Of a DNA stretch of 64,000 nt, positions 34,535-44,066 are shown in pieces (position 1 is the stretch's first letter; each line of letters opens with the position of its first letter). Below the pieces are notes generated by a model. The model saw only the letters and a list, made by a program, of their open reading frames with translations. It made no database searches and was not told the DNA's origin. The DNA is from Thermomicrobiales bacterium (GTDB lineage Bacteria; Chloroflexota; Chloroflexia; Thermomicrobiales; UBA6265): positions 117,799-181,798 of the forward strand of contig DASZAY010000026.1 of NCBI GenBank assembly GCA_035944555.1, read 5' to 3'. A program made the translations under genes and the position numbers.

Positions 34535-35695
34535 ATGAGAATACGTATCGGCAAGCCGGTTCAAGGAAGCGGTCAACCGGCCTGCACATCCGGGACCGCG
34601 TCGTCGCCGACCGTGCGAATCGGCTGCGACGGGCATGCCCATGGCAACAGCCCCACCGCTTCCCCCCATCACCACGATCATGACCACCAGCACGCGGACG
34701 GCGACGCCGACTGCGGGCACACCCACGGGATGCCGGCCGCGGCGACCCGGGACGCGGTCCGTCCGCTGTCGATCGCGCTCGTCATCGCCATCGTCATCCT
34801 GATCGTCCAGGGCGTCGGTGGGGTGCTGACCAATTCCCTCGCGCTGCTGGCCGACGCCGGACACATCGCGACCGATGCTGCCGCGCTCGTCCTGGCGCTG
34901 ATCGCGGGCTGGCTGGGCCGCAAACCGGTCACGGGGCGACGGACGTTCGGGTTGCGGCGCGCCGGGGTGCTGGCCGCGTTCGTCAATGCGACCGCGCTGT
35001 TCGTCATCGCCGGATTCATCACCTGGGAGGCGATCGGCCGGATCGGCGAGCCGCCGGAGATCGCCTCCGGGTTGATGCTGACCATCGCCGTCATCGGGCT
35101 GCTCGCCAACGCGCTGATGCTCAAGGTCCTCTCCGGCGGACCCGGTGGCCACAGCCACGACCTCAACACCCGCGCTGCCCGCCTGCATGTGCTGGGTGAC
35201 TTCCTCGGCTCGATCGGCGCCATCGCTGCCGGGTTGATCATGCTGCTGACGGGCTGGTACCTGGCCGACCCGATCCTCTCGATCGTCGTATCCCTCCTGA
35301 TCCTGCGCAGCGCGTGGGCGATTTTCCGCGACGCCGCCGACATCCTCCTGGAGGCGGCGCCGGCCGAGATGGACGCCGACCAGATCGGTGGGGAGCTGGT
35401 CGCCGTACCGGGCGTGGCCGGGATCCACGACTTGCATGTCTGGACCGTCGCGCCGGGACAGGTTTCACTGACGGGGCATGTCGAGCTGGATGGCACCCGC
35501 CGCTGGGCGACCGTGCTGGGCGACGTCACCCGCCTGCTCCAGTCCCGCTTCGGGATCGAGCACCTGACGCTCCAACCGGAAGGCGCCGACCTTGGTGAGC
35601 CGACGCCGATCGACGGCGTCCGACTGGTCGGCTGCTGCCTGGACGACTACCGCACCGCCACCCCTCCGGGCGCCGCTCCGGCCCATGCGCACTGA
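34535..35695 (+). CDS. Cation diffusion facilitator (CzcD/ZitB-type) metal exporter with His-rich N-terminus
   Basis: HHHDHDHQH...; TM motifs NSLALLADAGHIATD and HVLGDFLGSIG; C-terminal HDLHVW domain. The start is uncertain (ATG 34535 uses rare codons AGA ATA; GTG 34613 is an alternative). Confidence 0.85.
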   Translation: MRIRIGKPVQGSGQPACTSGTASSPTVRIGCDGHAHGNSPTASPHHHDHDHQHADGDADCGHTHGMPAAATRDAVRPLSIALVIAIVILIVQGVGGVLTNSLALLADAGHIATDAAALVLALIAGWLGRKPVTGRRTFGLRRAGVLAAFVNATALFVIAGFITWEAIGRIGEPPEIASGLMLTIAVIGLLANALMLKVLSGGPGGHSHDLNTRAARLHVLGDFLGSIGAIAAGLIMLLTGWYLADPILSIVVSLLILRSAWAIFRDAADILLEAAPAEMDADQIGGELVAVPGVAGIHDLHVWTVAPGQVSLTGHVELDGTRRWATVLGDVTRLLQSRFGIEHLTLQPEGADLGEPTPIDGVRLVGCCLDDYRTATPPGAAPAHAH

Positions 35696-35800
35696 GTGCC
35701 TGTTCCACGTCGATAGGCCAACTCCAGGCATGAGGCAGGTCCCGCCATCGACGCGCTGACGATCATCCTGCTGGGTCTGCTCGCGATCAGCGCCGCCTCC

Positions 35801-37450
35801 ATGATCGGCTCGCGGGTAGGTGTCGCCGCGCCGCTTTTACTGGTCACAGGCGGGATGATCGTCGGTCTGCTGCCGTGGGTCCCGCCGATCGAGATCGAGC
35901 CGGAATGGATCCTGGCCGGCGTCCTGCCGCCCTTGTTGTACTCGACGGCGGTCTCGATGCCGGCTATGTCGTTCCGCCGTGACTTCGGTGCGATCGGCGC
36001 CCTCTCGGTCGTTCTCGTCGTCCTCAGCGCGGTCCTTCTTGGCCTGTTCTTCAACTGGGTGATCCCCGAACTCGGACTGGCCTGGGGGATCGCCCTCGGT
36101 GCCATCGTGTCTCCCACCGACGCGGTCGCCACGTCGATCGTGCGGCGACTGGGTGTGTCCCCCCGGGTCGTCACGATCCTCGAGGGCGAGGGGCTGCTCA
36201 ATGACGCGACGGCACTGACGCTGCTGCGGACAGCGATCGCCGGCGCCGCCGCGTCGGTTTCCCTGTGGGGTGTCGCCAGCGAATTCGTCCTGGTCGTCCT
36301 GATCGCCGTCGTCGTCGGGTTCGTCGTCGGTCACGTCGCGATCCGGGTCCGGGCGCGGATCACGGAGACGACCGTCAACACGGCGCTGTCCTTCACGGTC
36401 CCGTTCCTGGCCGCCATCCCGGCCGAGCACCTCGGTGGCTCCGGGCTGGTCGCGGCAGTCGTCGCCGGTGTGGTCACGGGGCACCACGCCCCACGCGACC
36501 TTTCCCCACGCCACCGCCTGTCCGACCGCCAGAACTGGCGAACGGTGGAGTTCCTGCTGGAAGGCGCGATCTTCCTCGTCATGGGCCTCCAGCTCTACGG
36601 CATCGTGGAGGATGTCCGTGACGAGCACGCCGCCCTCGGCCAGGCGATCCTCGTGGCCGCCCTCGCGCTGCTCCTGACGGTGCTGATCCGGGCGGCGTAC
36701 CTGGCGCCGCTGCTGGTGGCCCTCCGGCTCCGGGCGCGACGCGGGGCGCGGGTCCGTGACTGGATCCATCGCGAGCGCGAATCCATCGAGGCGCGGCTGG
36801 CGGCGGGACAGTCGTCGCGCGACCACCGATTCGACCCGACACACTGGCTGCCTGACCGGTCGCAGGCGATCCGCACCCGGATCCGGCGCGGTCTGGCCGA
36901 TATCGAGTATCTGCTCGCCACGCCGCTGGGCTGGCGCGAGGGGACGGTCCTGGTCTGGGCGGGGATGCGCGGCGCCGTGACGCTGGCCGCCGCCCAGACG
37001 CTGCCCACCGACACGCCCCAGCGTCCGGTGCTGATCCTGATCGCGTTTCTCGTCGCGACCGCCTCGTTGCTGCTACAGGGTGGGTCGCTGGCCTGGGTGA
37101 TCGGATGGGTTCGGCCAGCACGACCGGACCCGTCGGCCGACGCGGAGGAGCGAGAGCGACTCCTGACCCTTCTGCGGGCGACGGCAGAGCGGGTCCAGGT
37201 ATCCCAGTCGACTCCTCCGGTGGATGGCGATCAACCTACGGATGACGCACCGGACGCGGTGCCGAACCCATCGCTGGACGCCGGACGCCTGCGCGGACAG
37301 ACATGGCTGGCGATCATCGCCGCCCAGCGCCGGGTCGTCCTCGACGCGCGTGACGAAGGGACCTTCTCGGCTGACCTGCTGGAAGGCGCGCTCCGGAGTC
37401 TCGACGCGGACGAGATCGCGATCCGACTACGGGGCAATCGTGACACCTGA
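35801..37450 (+). CDS. Na+/H+ antiporter (CPA1/NhaP type); annotated start probably too short
   Basis: LPPLLYSTA..., SPTDAVA, EGEGLLNDATAL, WAGMRGAVTLAAA; long cytoplasmic tail. See the finding about the missing start for TM1. Confidence 0.8.
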   Translation: MIGSRVGVAAPLLLVTGGMIVGLLPWVPPIEIEPEWILAGVLPPLLYSTAVSMPAMSFRRDFGAIGALSVVLVVLSAVLLGLFFNWVIPELGLAWGIALGAIVSPTDAVATSIVRRLGVSPRVVTILEGEGLLNDATALTLLRTAIAGAAASVSLWGVASEFVLVVLIAVVVGFVVGHVAIRVRARITETTVNTALSFTVPFLAAIPAEHLGGSGLVAAVVAGVVTGHHAPRDLSPRHRLSDRQNWRTVEFLLEGAIFLVMGLQLYGIVEDVRDEHAALGQAILVAALALLLTVLIRAAYLAPLLVALRLRARRGARVRDWIHRERESIEARLAAGQSSRDHRFDPTHWLPDRSQAIRTRIRRGLADIEYLLATPLGWREGTVLVWAGMRGAVTLAAAQTLPTDTPQRPVLILIAFLVATASLLLQGGSLAWVIGWVRPARPDPSADAEERERLLTLLRATAERVQVSQSTPPVDGDQPTDDAPDAVPNPSLDAGRLRGQTWLAIIAAQRRVVLDARDEGTFSADLLEGALRSLDADEIAIRLRGNRDT

Positions 37451-37544
37451 TCGACCGTCCATGTTGCCGGTTCATTATGTATACTTCTGATACCAGATCA
37501 ATCCGCTAACCCTGAGGTAGACACCCCTGTGGTGACGGCAATTG

Positions 37545-37573
37545 TTGACGACTCGTTGACTGGTGCCTACACT
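37545..37573 (+). promoter_or_regulatory. Sigma-70-like promoter upstream of rel
   Basis: TTGACG (37545-37550), 17-bp spacer, TACACT (37568-37573), within a locally AT-richer intergenic region. Confidence 0.45.
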
Positions 37574-37711
37574 CGCCGTCCACAGCATAAGGAACTGGCT
37601 TAACCGCCAGCAATTATCGGCAGAAACGCGCCATGGGGCGCACGACGTGGGCAGCGCCGCCCGTGGGTCGTGTCGGGCACCGGATCCTACCGGTCGAGGA
37701 CACGCAGGGAG

Positions 37712-40081
37712 ATGGCAGGCACGATGGTCCACGCGCAGGTACAAGGTGCAGTCCAACCCGTCGTCCCGATCCCGCTGCGGGAGGCTGACGACCGTCCGGG
37801 CGGCGAGGCCGAGCAGATCCACGTCCCACCCGTATCGTGGGACGAGGTCGAGGCCGCCCTCGCCGACCAGCCGTCGTTCCAGCATCCAGCGGTCCAGGAC
37901 GCCCTGCGCGAGTTCAAAACTGCTCTCAACGCCCAGCCCCACTTCGGCCTCGACACCAGCGGACTGATCCGGCGGGCAACGGAGCTCGCCGTCCGCGCGC
38001 ACGAAGGCCAGAACCGCAAGTCCGGTGAGCCCTACGTCATCCACCCGATCCTCGTCGGCTCCATCCTCGCCACGATGCAACTCGACCCGGAGACCGTCGC
38101 CGCCGGCGTCCTGCACGACGTCGTCGAGGATACCGACGTCGAGCTGGATCAGATCCACGACCATTTTGGCGAGCGGGTCGCGATGCTGGTCGACGGGGTC
38201 ACCAAGCTGGGCCAGATTCCCTGGCAGCCGGGTCCGGAGGGTTCGCCGCGACGCGAGCACTGGGAGCAGGCCCAGCTCGCCGAGAACCTCCGCAAGATGT
38301 TCCTCGCGATGGTGGACGACATCGGCGTCGTCCTGATCAAGCTGGCCGACCGGCTCCACAACATGCGGACACTCGACGCGGTCCCGCCCCACAAGCAGGT
38401 TTCCAAGGCCCAGCAGACCATGGAGATCTACGCGCCGCTGGCCAACCGTCTCGGTATCTGGCATCTGAAGTCGGAGCTCGAGGATCTCGCGTTCAAGTAT
38501 CTCCAGCCGGACGCCTACCAGGAGATCTCGGCCAAGCTGGCCGCGACGGGGCGGGACCGTGAGGCCTTCATCGACCGCTTCATCCGCGAGCTGCACCTCG
38601 CGCTGGACCAGGCCGGGATCACCGCCGAGATCAACGGTCGCGGCAAGCACCTCTACAGCATCCACGGCAAGATGCAGCGCAAGGGGCGCTCGTTCGACCA
38701 GATCTACGATGTGGTCGGTGTCCGGGTGATCGTCGAGAACCACCGCGACTGCTACGGCGCGCTCGGCGTGATCCACCAGCTGTACCACCCGATCCCCGGC
38801 GAGTTCGACGACTACATCGCCACCCCCAAGGAGAGCCTGTACCAGAGCCTCCACACCGCCGTGATCGGGCCGGACGGGCAGCCGCTCGAGATCCAGATCC
38901 GGACGCTCGACATGCACCGGATCGCCGAATACGGCGTCGCGGCGCACTGGCGGTACAAGGAAGGTGGCCGGGGCGACAGCCGGCTGGAGCAGAAGATCGC
39001 CTGGCTGCGGCAGCTGATGGACTGGCGCGACGAGATCGCCGACGCCGAGGAGTTCGTCGAGTCGCTGAAGTCCGACGTGTTCCAGGACATGATCTACGTC
39101 TTCACGCCGGCCGGGGACATCGTCGAACTTCCCAAGGGCGCGACGCCCGTCGACTTCGCCTACCGGATCCACACGGAGGTCGGCCACCGCTGCGTCGGCG
39201 CGCGGGTCAACGAGCAGATCGTCTCGCTGGATACGCAGCTCCGCAACGGTCAGGTTGTCCGGATCCAGACGAGCAAGACGCGCGAGCCGAGCCGCGACTG
39301 GCTGCTGGCCGGCAACGGCTATGTCACGACCGCCTCAGCCCGGGAGAAGATCCGGCAGTGGTTCCGCCGCCGCCAGCGGGACGAGAACGTCGTCCAGGGC
39401 CGGGAGATGCTCGAGCGCGAGTTGCGCCGGCTGAACATCGACCTGCGCCCGGACGACATCCTGAAGCACTTCCCGCGCTACCAGAAGTTCGATGACCTGG
39501 TGGCGGCGATCGGGTACGGCGGCATGTCGGCCCAGAGCGTGACGGTCAAGCTGGCCGAGAACCGGCAGGAGGAGTTCTCCCTCGAGCCGATCGTGCCGCG
39601 GCCGCGCTCCCCGGCGCAGGTCGAGGTGATGGGCGCCGGCGGGCTGCTGACGTCGCTGGCCAACTGCTGCAAGCCGGTCGCTGGGGACGCGATCCTGGGC
39701 TACGTCACCCGGGGCCGAGGCATCTCGATTCACCGCACCGACTGCAGCAACATGCAGAACCTGCCCGACCCGGAGCGCCTGATCGAGGTGAGCTGGGGGG
39801 CGAATACCTGCGCCACGTTCGCCGTCAGTATCCGACTGGAGGCGCTGGACCGCGTCGGGCTGCTCAAGGACGTCAGCATCATGCTGGCCGACGCCAAGGT
39901 GAACATCATCGGCGTCCACACAACGACCCATGATGACCGGGCCGTGACCATGATGCTGACCCTGGAAGTCGAGGACATCAACCAGCTCAGCAAGATCCTC
40001 CGCAAGCTGGAGGACCTGCGCGACGTGATCAGCGCCCGGCGGGAGTCGGCCAGCGGGGCGGCGGCGCCACGGGCGGTCTAG
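37712..40081 (+). CDS. rel: Bifunctional (p)ppGpp synthetase/hydrolase Rel (RelA/SpoT homologue)
   Basis: HD hydrolase motif (HPILVGSILA...GVLHDVVEDT), synthetase motif (YSIHGKMQRKGRSFDQIYDVVGVRVIV; YQSLHTAV), and TGS (VFTPAGDIVELPKGATPVDFAY) and ACT-like C-terminal domains. The exact start is uncertain (ATG 37712 or 37724). Confidence 0.9.
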   Translation: MAGTMVHAQVQGAVQPVVPIPLREADDRPGGEAEQIHVPPVSWDEVEAALADQPSFQHPAVQDALREFKTALNAQPHFGLDTSGLIRRATELAVRAHEGQNRKSGEPYVIHPILVGSILATMQLDPETVAAGVLHDVVEDTDVELDQIHDHFGERVAMLVDGVTKLGQIPWQPGPEGSPRREHWEQAQLAENLRKMFLAMVDDIGVVLIKLADRLHNMRTLDAVPPHKQVSKAQQTMEIYAPLANRLGIWHLKSELEDLAFKYLQPDAYQEISAKLAATGRDREAFIDRFIRELHLALDQAGITAEINGRGKHLYSIHGKMQRKGRSFDQIYDVVGVRVIVENHRDCYGALGVIHQLYHPIPGEFDDYIATPKESLYQSLHTAVIGPDGQPLEIQIRTLDMHRIAEYGVAAHWRYKEGGRGDSRLEQKIAWLRQLMDWRDEIADAEEFVESLKSDVFQDMIYVFTPAGDIVELPKGATPVDFAYRIHTEVGHRCVGARVNEQIVSLDTQLRNGQVVRIQTSKTREPSRDWLLAGNGYVTTASAREKIRQWFRRRQRDENVVQGREMLERELRRLNIDLRPDDILKHFPRYQKFDDLVAAIGYGGMSAQSVTVKLAENRQEEFSLEPIVPRPRSPAQVEVMGAGGLLTSLANCCKPVAGDAILGYVTRGRGISIHRTDCSNMQNLPDPERLIEVSWGANTCATFAVSIRLEALDRVGLLKDVSIMLADAKVNIIGVHTTTHDDRAVTMMLTLEVEDINQLSKILRKLEDLRDVISARRESASGAAAPRAV

Positions 40082-40555
40082 CCGACGGCCCAGACCCGCT
40101 TCAGGCGCTCCACGGCGGGCGTCTTCCTGGACACGTACCACACGGTCGCCTTTAGTCTAGCTGAGCCCGTTGGCTCGTATTCCCCACGCCAACGACCGAC
40201 GAGGCCCGGGTGCCGGTGGGGACAATCAGCACCGTCACGGCCCAGTCGGTCAGTGTCGCCCGGAATAACCCGATAGGGATACGCCGGGCAACCGATGCCA
40301 TCGGGACGGTTCAGATCCCGGTTTCAATCATGGTCGAGAGACGATACGGGGCCAACTCAACCGCCAAGTCCTTCTGATGGAAGGCCGGATCCGTCGGGCA
40401 ACCCTGGTCGGTGAGCGACACCACGATCACCGCTCCCTTGGATAGGCTCGAACCGGGCTCAGTCCGTCCTCTCCCTACTCACCACTCCCGCTTTCCCGCA
40501 CAATGCATGGCGACGATGCCGTTGACCCTGCCGGTCCCACCGGGCGGAGATCCCC

Positions 40556-41587
40556 GTGACGAGTGAAGCCGAGACGACCCCGAACCCGACCCGGACCAAG
40601 CGTGTCCTCGCGATCGGCGAGATGCTGATCGACCTGATCGTCGACGATGGAGCAGCGGACCTGCGGACGACCAACCGCCTGGCGGTACGGCCCGGCGGTG
40701 CGCTGGCCAACGGCGCGGTCGCGCTGGCCCGGCTCGGGGTGCCGTCCGGGTTCTGCGGCGTCGTCGGAGCCGACCCGTTCGGCGACCGCCTGCGGCAGGT
40801 ACTGCGGGACAACGGCGTCGACGACGCGGCTCTCCGCTCCACACCGGACGCCGGGACGACCCTCGCGTTCGCCTGGAAGGACACCCGCGGCGACGGCAGT
40901 TTCACCTTTCTCCGGCTGGCCGACGGGCTGCTCTCGGTCGACGATGTGGAGCGGGCCGGCATCCCGGACTGCGCCGCGATCCTCGTCGGCTCGGTCGTGC
41001 TGCCAGCAGAAGGGGCACGGGCAGCGATCTACCGCGCCGTCGAGATCGCCGCCTCGGCGAACGTCCCGGTCGTCTTCGATGTGAACTTCCGCCCGGCGCT
41101 CTGGGACGATCCGGCCGAGGCCCTCACCATCTGCCAGCCCATCCTCGACCGGGCGACGGCCCTGAAGCTCAGCCTGGACGATGCCCAGGCCCTGTTCGGC
41201 ACTGGCGGCGATCCGGTCGACGCGCTGCGTGAGGCGGCCGCGTTGCCGCCGACCATCACCGTGCTGACCGACGGCGCCCGCGGATGCTGGTCGTTCGCGA
41301 CCGAGGGCGACTCCGGCGAGCGGGGTGAGAACGGCGACATCATCCACCTGCCGGTGTTCCCGGTCGAAGCGGTCGAGCCGACCGGCGCCGGGGACGCCTT
41401 CACCGCCGGGCTGATCACCCGCCTGATCGCCAACGGCTGGAGCCAGCCGACCGAGGCGGATCTGCGCTTCGCCGCCGCCGCCGGCGCGCTCGCCACGACC
41501 CGACCCGGCGCGATGGACGGACTCCCCACCCGCCAGGAACTGGACACCTTCCTCGCCGCCCACCCGGCGCAGGCGCACATCGACTGA
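40556..41587 (+). CDS. PfkB-family carbohydrate kinase (fructokinase-like)
   Basis: IGEMLIDLI...GGALANGAVALARLG...; C-terminal TGAGDAFTAGL motif. GTG start after GGAG. Confidence 0.8.
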   Translation: MTSEAETTPNPTRTKRVLAIGEMLIDLIVDDGAADLRTTNRLAVRPGGALANGAVALARLGVPSGFCGVVGADPFGDRLRQVLRDNGVDDAALRSTPDAGTTLAFAWKDTRGDGSFTFLRLADGLLSVDDVERAGIPDCAAILVGSVVLPAEGARAAIYRAVEIAASANVPVVFDVNFRPALWDDPAEALTICQPILDRATALKLSLDDAQALFGTGGDPVDALREAAALPPTITVLTDGARGCWSFATEGDSGERGENGDIIHLPVFPVEAVEPTGAGDAFTAGLITRLIANGWSQPTEADLRFAAAAGALATTRPGAMDGLPTRQELDTFLAAHPAQAHID

Positions 41588-41646
41588 CATCGGCTTGACG
41601 GTTGAACCGCGACCGAGCGGATGACGCCTGATCAGGAGGCAACGTT

Positions 41647-42228
41647 GTGAAGGAACCGGGCGATGTGCGCTACGCGGAGTTCCGGCCACCTGACGATGTC
41701 CGGATCTTCCCCAATCCAGCGGCCGGTGTCCTGCTCGACTCCCCCGATGTTCTCGTTCTCCAGGTCCATGACGGGCAGCGGCTGGTCCGCCACCACGCAT
41801 TCGCCCGGCAATGGCTGAGCGCGACGGTCCTCCTGGATGAAGACGGTACTCCGGTCCCGCAGCCCGCCGCGGCCGGAGGCGCCTTCCTGGTGAAGTGCCA
41901 CGTCGCCACGCCTCTGCGCCGCGAAGACGACCTGTGCTGGCAGGTCGACCTGTGGCTGGATGTCCTGCTGGCCGAGGATGGTCGTACGCCGATCCTCGAG
42001 GACGAGGACGAGTTCGCGGCTGCCCGGACAGCAGGGCTGCTTTCCAAGCATGAAGCCGCGAAGGCGATCGAGAGCCGGGACGCCATCGCCCGTCTCATCC
42101 GCTCAGGGGGTCTCCTGCCCTACCTGGGTGCGATCCTGCCGTTCGACGCGACGGTTCGTCCGGCCGCAGGCCCCATGATCTGGGCCTCGATCGGTGACTA
42201 TCCGATGATCAACACCGGACGATCCTGA
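41647..42228 (+). CDS. DUF402-like protein
   Basis: WQVDLWLDVLL..DG...LEDEDEF..A...G.L pattern recalls DUF402 (FomD-like nucleotide phosphatase) domains. Tentative call. Confidence 0.5.
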   Translation: MKEPGDVRYAEFRPPDDVRIFPNPAAGVLLDSPDVLVLQVHDGQRLVRHHAFARQWLSATVLLDEDGTPVPQPAAAGGAFLVKCHVATPLRREDDLCWQVDLWLDVLLAEDGRTPILEDEDEFAAARTAGLLSKHEAAKAIESRDAIARLIRSGGLLPYLGAILPFDATVRPAAGPMIWASIGDYPMINTGRS

Positions 42229-42261
42229 CCATAGCGACTCGATCCGCTTGGTTGGTCGCAT

Positions 42262-43014
42262 CTACGTCGTCGCGGCCCGCACGACCGTCGTGACCTGCCC
42301 GTCGTCACCGATCTCGTGGAAGGCGACCATCGGGGCTGAGATGTGGTCGAACCGCTCGGCCTGCTCCTCCCAGTCCATCCGGGCGGCGAACCCGACCGCC
42401 GGCGCCACCCTCACCGGGATCCTGCCGGCCATCGTCGTCATCGCGACGTGGTAGTGCCCGGCGAGCAAGGCCCGGACATTGCCGGCCGCGCCGAGGACGC
42501 CGAGCAGGTCGGCCCGGTCGCGCAGTTCCGGCCCGTCGCCTGGCTGACCCCAGACGAGGACCGGCGGGTGATGCGTGACCACGACGACCGGGCGGTCACC
42601 CGCCGCCATCAGCTCGTCCCGGAGCCAATCGAGCGTCTCCTGGCCAAGGTGCCCGCCCGGCTCGCCGGGAATGGTCGAGTCACAGAGCAGGTAGGACGTC
42701 GTCGCGGTCCGGTGGACGATGCTGATCGGCGCGGTGCTCCCGGAGGTGTCTTTGAGCAGACCGGCCCGGAACGCCGCCCGGTCGTCGCGGTTGCCGGGGC
42801 AGCAGAGGACGGGGACGGCACGAAGCGGCGCAAGGATCTCCCGGGCCTGTGCGTATTGTTCTGGAGTGCCGTCGTGGGCAAGGTCCCCGGAGACCACGAC
42901 GGCATCGAGATGCGGCAGCGTGGGCGCGACCAGGGCGACGGCGGCACGGAATCGGTCGGCGCGACCGGCGGAGCCGTCGAGGTGCGGGTCACTAAGGTGG
43001 GCGATCAGCGGCAT
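42262..43014 (-). CDS. Metallophosphoesterase (CpdA-like)
   Basis: ATG 43014 follows GGGAGA. Motifs IAHLSDPHL, VVSGDLAHDG, CPGNRDD, VVTHHPP, LAGHYH. Confidence 0.8.
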   Translation of the reverse strand: MPLIAHLSDPHLDGSAGRADRFRAAVALVAPTLPHLDAVVVSGDLAHDGTPEQYAQAREILAPLRAVPVLCCPGNRDDRAAFRAGLLKDTSGSTAPISIVHRTATTSYLLCDSTIPGEPGGHLGQETLDWLRDELMAAGDRPVVVVTHHPPVLVWGQPGDGPELRDRADLLGVLGAAGNVRALLAGHYHVAMTTMAGRIPVRVAPAVGFAARMDWEEQAERFDHISAPMVAFHEIGDDGQVTTVVRAATT

Positions 43015-43805
43015 TGGTGAGTTCTCCCGGGTGGTGAACCGACGGCCCGGCACGATCAGCAAGGACCGGGCCGGACGGCACAGGTTTGTCGCTACCGCCG
43101 ATGATCGCACCGGTAGTCCGGGTTGGCAGGATCCCCAGCTGATCCAATCTATCCCCGCCGTGCACCTGCCGACCGTCCCTCTGGGGAGTCGTGTGCCGCT
43201 CCCCTGCTCAGGTGAAGGGGACGGCGGCTGATCCACGTCCAGGGACTGAAGACACCGCACACCGAATCCCGTCAACGGTCCAGTGATCACCGCGGAGGTC
43301 GAGCCGAGGCGCCCTCACGGCACCCACGCGACACGGATGAGCGTCTCCCGGCGCTATCAGGGGCACGGGACCATTGACGGGGTCGAGTTGACCCGAAAAT
43401 CCCGGCAGGTCAGGTATATCGACCGGGTGGACCATGAACCACCCGGGAGATAACCGACCCGCGCCGTCGGCATTTAGGACAGTCAATGGCACCAATTGTG
43501 TATCACTTCATCCAGCGCCATGGTCGTGGAAACCTCAGCATCGGGGTCCCGCCATGCGAGATGAATCGATGAGAATCAAGGAGATGCACCAGGGGAAGCA
43601 GCAGGACAAGCAGGTAGCCCGGGACGCCAGTATCGCCACTCCACCGGCCCTGACCAGGGTCTGGGCTGGTGGAGTGGCGATGCGATCAGGGGCGACATCA
43701 TGGCCAGTCCACTGGCCTGACATGCGCCCGGGCGTCGTTCCGCAACGGCCAGGTCCCGATCAATCGACCTTCATCTTCCTTCATTCATTCGAGGAGTTTC
43801 ATCCA

Positions 43806-44066
43806 ATGACGACCGGTATTCTCGTAACCCTGCGCGCCGCCGCGATCGCACTCGTCCTGGCATTTGGGATGGTCACCGTTGGCCACGTCTCGGCGCAGGA
43901 CGCCTCCCCCGCCACCAACGCGGTTTCCGAGGCCACCAACGAGGACGAGGGCTTCGACGACTGGGGCCTCCTTGGCCTCCTGGGTCTGGCCGGTCTGGCC
44001 GGGCTGCTTCGCCGCCCGCAGCCGGTGGTCCACACGACTGACCGCACCACCGAGCCGCGCCGCTAA
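43806..44066 (+). CDS. Small secreted protein with C-terminal W-G-x-x-G-x-x-G glycine-zipper segment and basic patch
   Basis: GAGGAG lies 8 nt upstream of ATG 43806. Signal peptide MTTGILVTLRAAAIALVLAFGMVTVGHVSAQD, acidic low-complexity middle, then DDWGLLGLLGLAGLAGLLRR (43962-44015). Confidence 0.55.
   Translation: MTTGILVTLRAAAIALVLAFGMVTVGHVSAQDASPATNAVSEATNEDEGFDDWGLLGLLGLAGLAGLLRRPQPVVHTTDRTTEPRR

Noticed and set aside
34516-34680. 55-codon GTG ORF with a good RBS (GAGGAAGAAA) overlapping the start of the CDF gene in another frame.
   Set aside because: The translation (VSTSSHHENTYRQAGSRKRST...) is not protein-like. The third-position G/C signal from about 34580 favours the CDF frame. 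It is kept only as a caveat on the CDF start.
40312-40345. GGTTCAGATCC, a T-loop-like string suggesting a tRNA.
   Set aside because: The only stem available gives a 9-nt loop, A58 is replaced, and no acceptor, D or anticodon arms can be built around it.
43565-43605. AGGGGAAGCAGCAGGACAAGCAGG, resembling the GGAAGCAGCC core of SRP (4.5S) RNA.
   Set aside because: The flanking sequence cannot form the helix-8 pairing or a closing stem, and the surrounding bases are AT-rich and unstructured.
43631-43640. GCCACT string reminiscent of a cobalamin-riboswitch B12 box.
   Set aside because: It is simply part of the 14-bp hairpin arm, and none of the other conserved B12-riboswitch elements are present.
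43434-43805. In-frame N-terminal extension of the small secreted protein (track ORF 43434-44066, 210 aa).
   Set aside because: ATG 43806 has a strong GAGGAG RBS and is followed immediately by a textbook signal peptide. The upstream 124 codons contain the long hairpins and have poor coding character.
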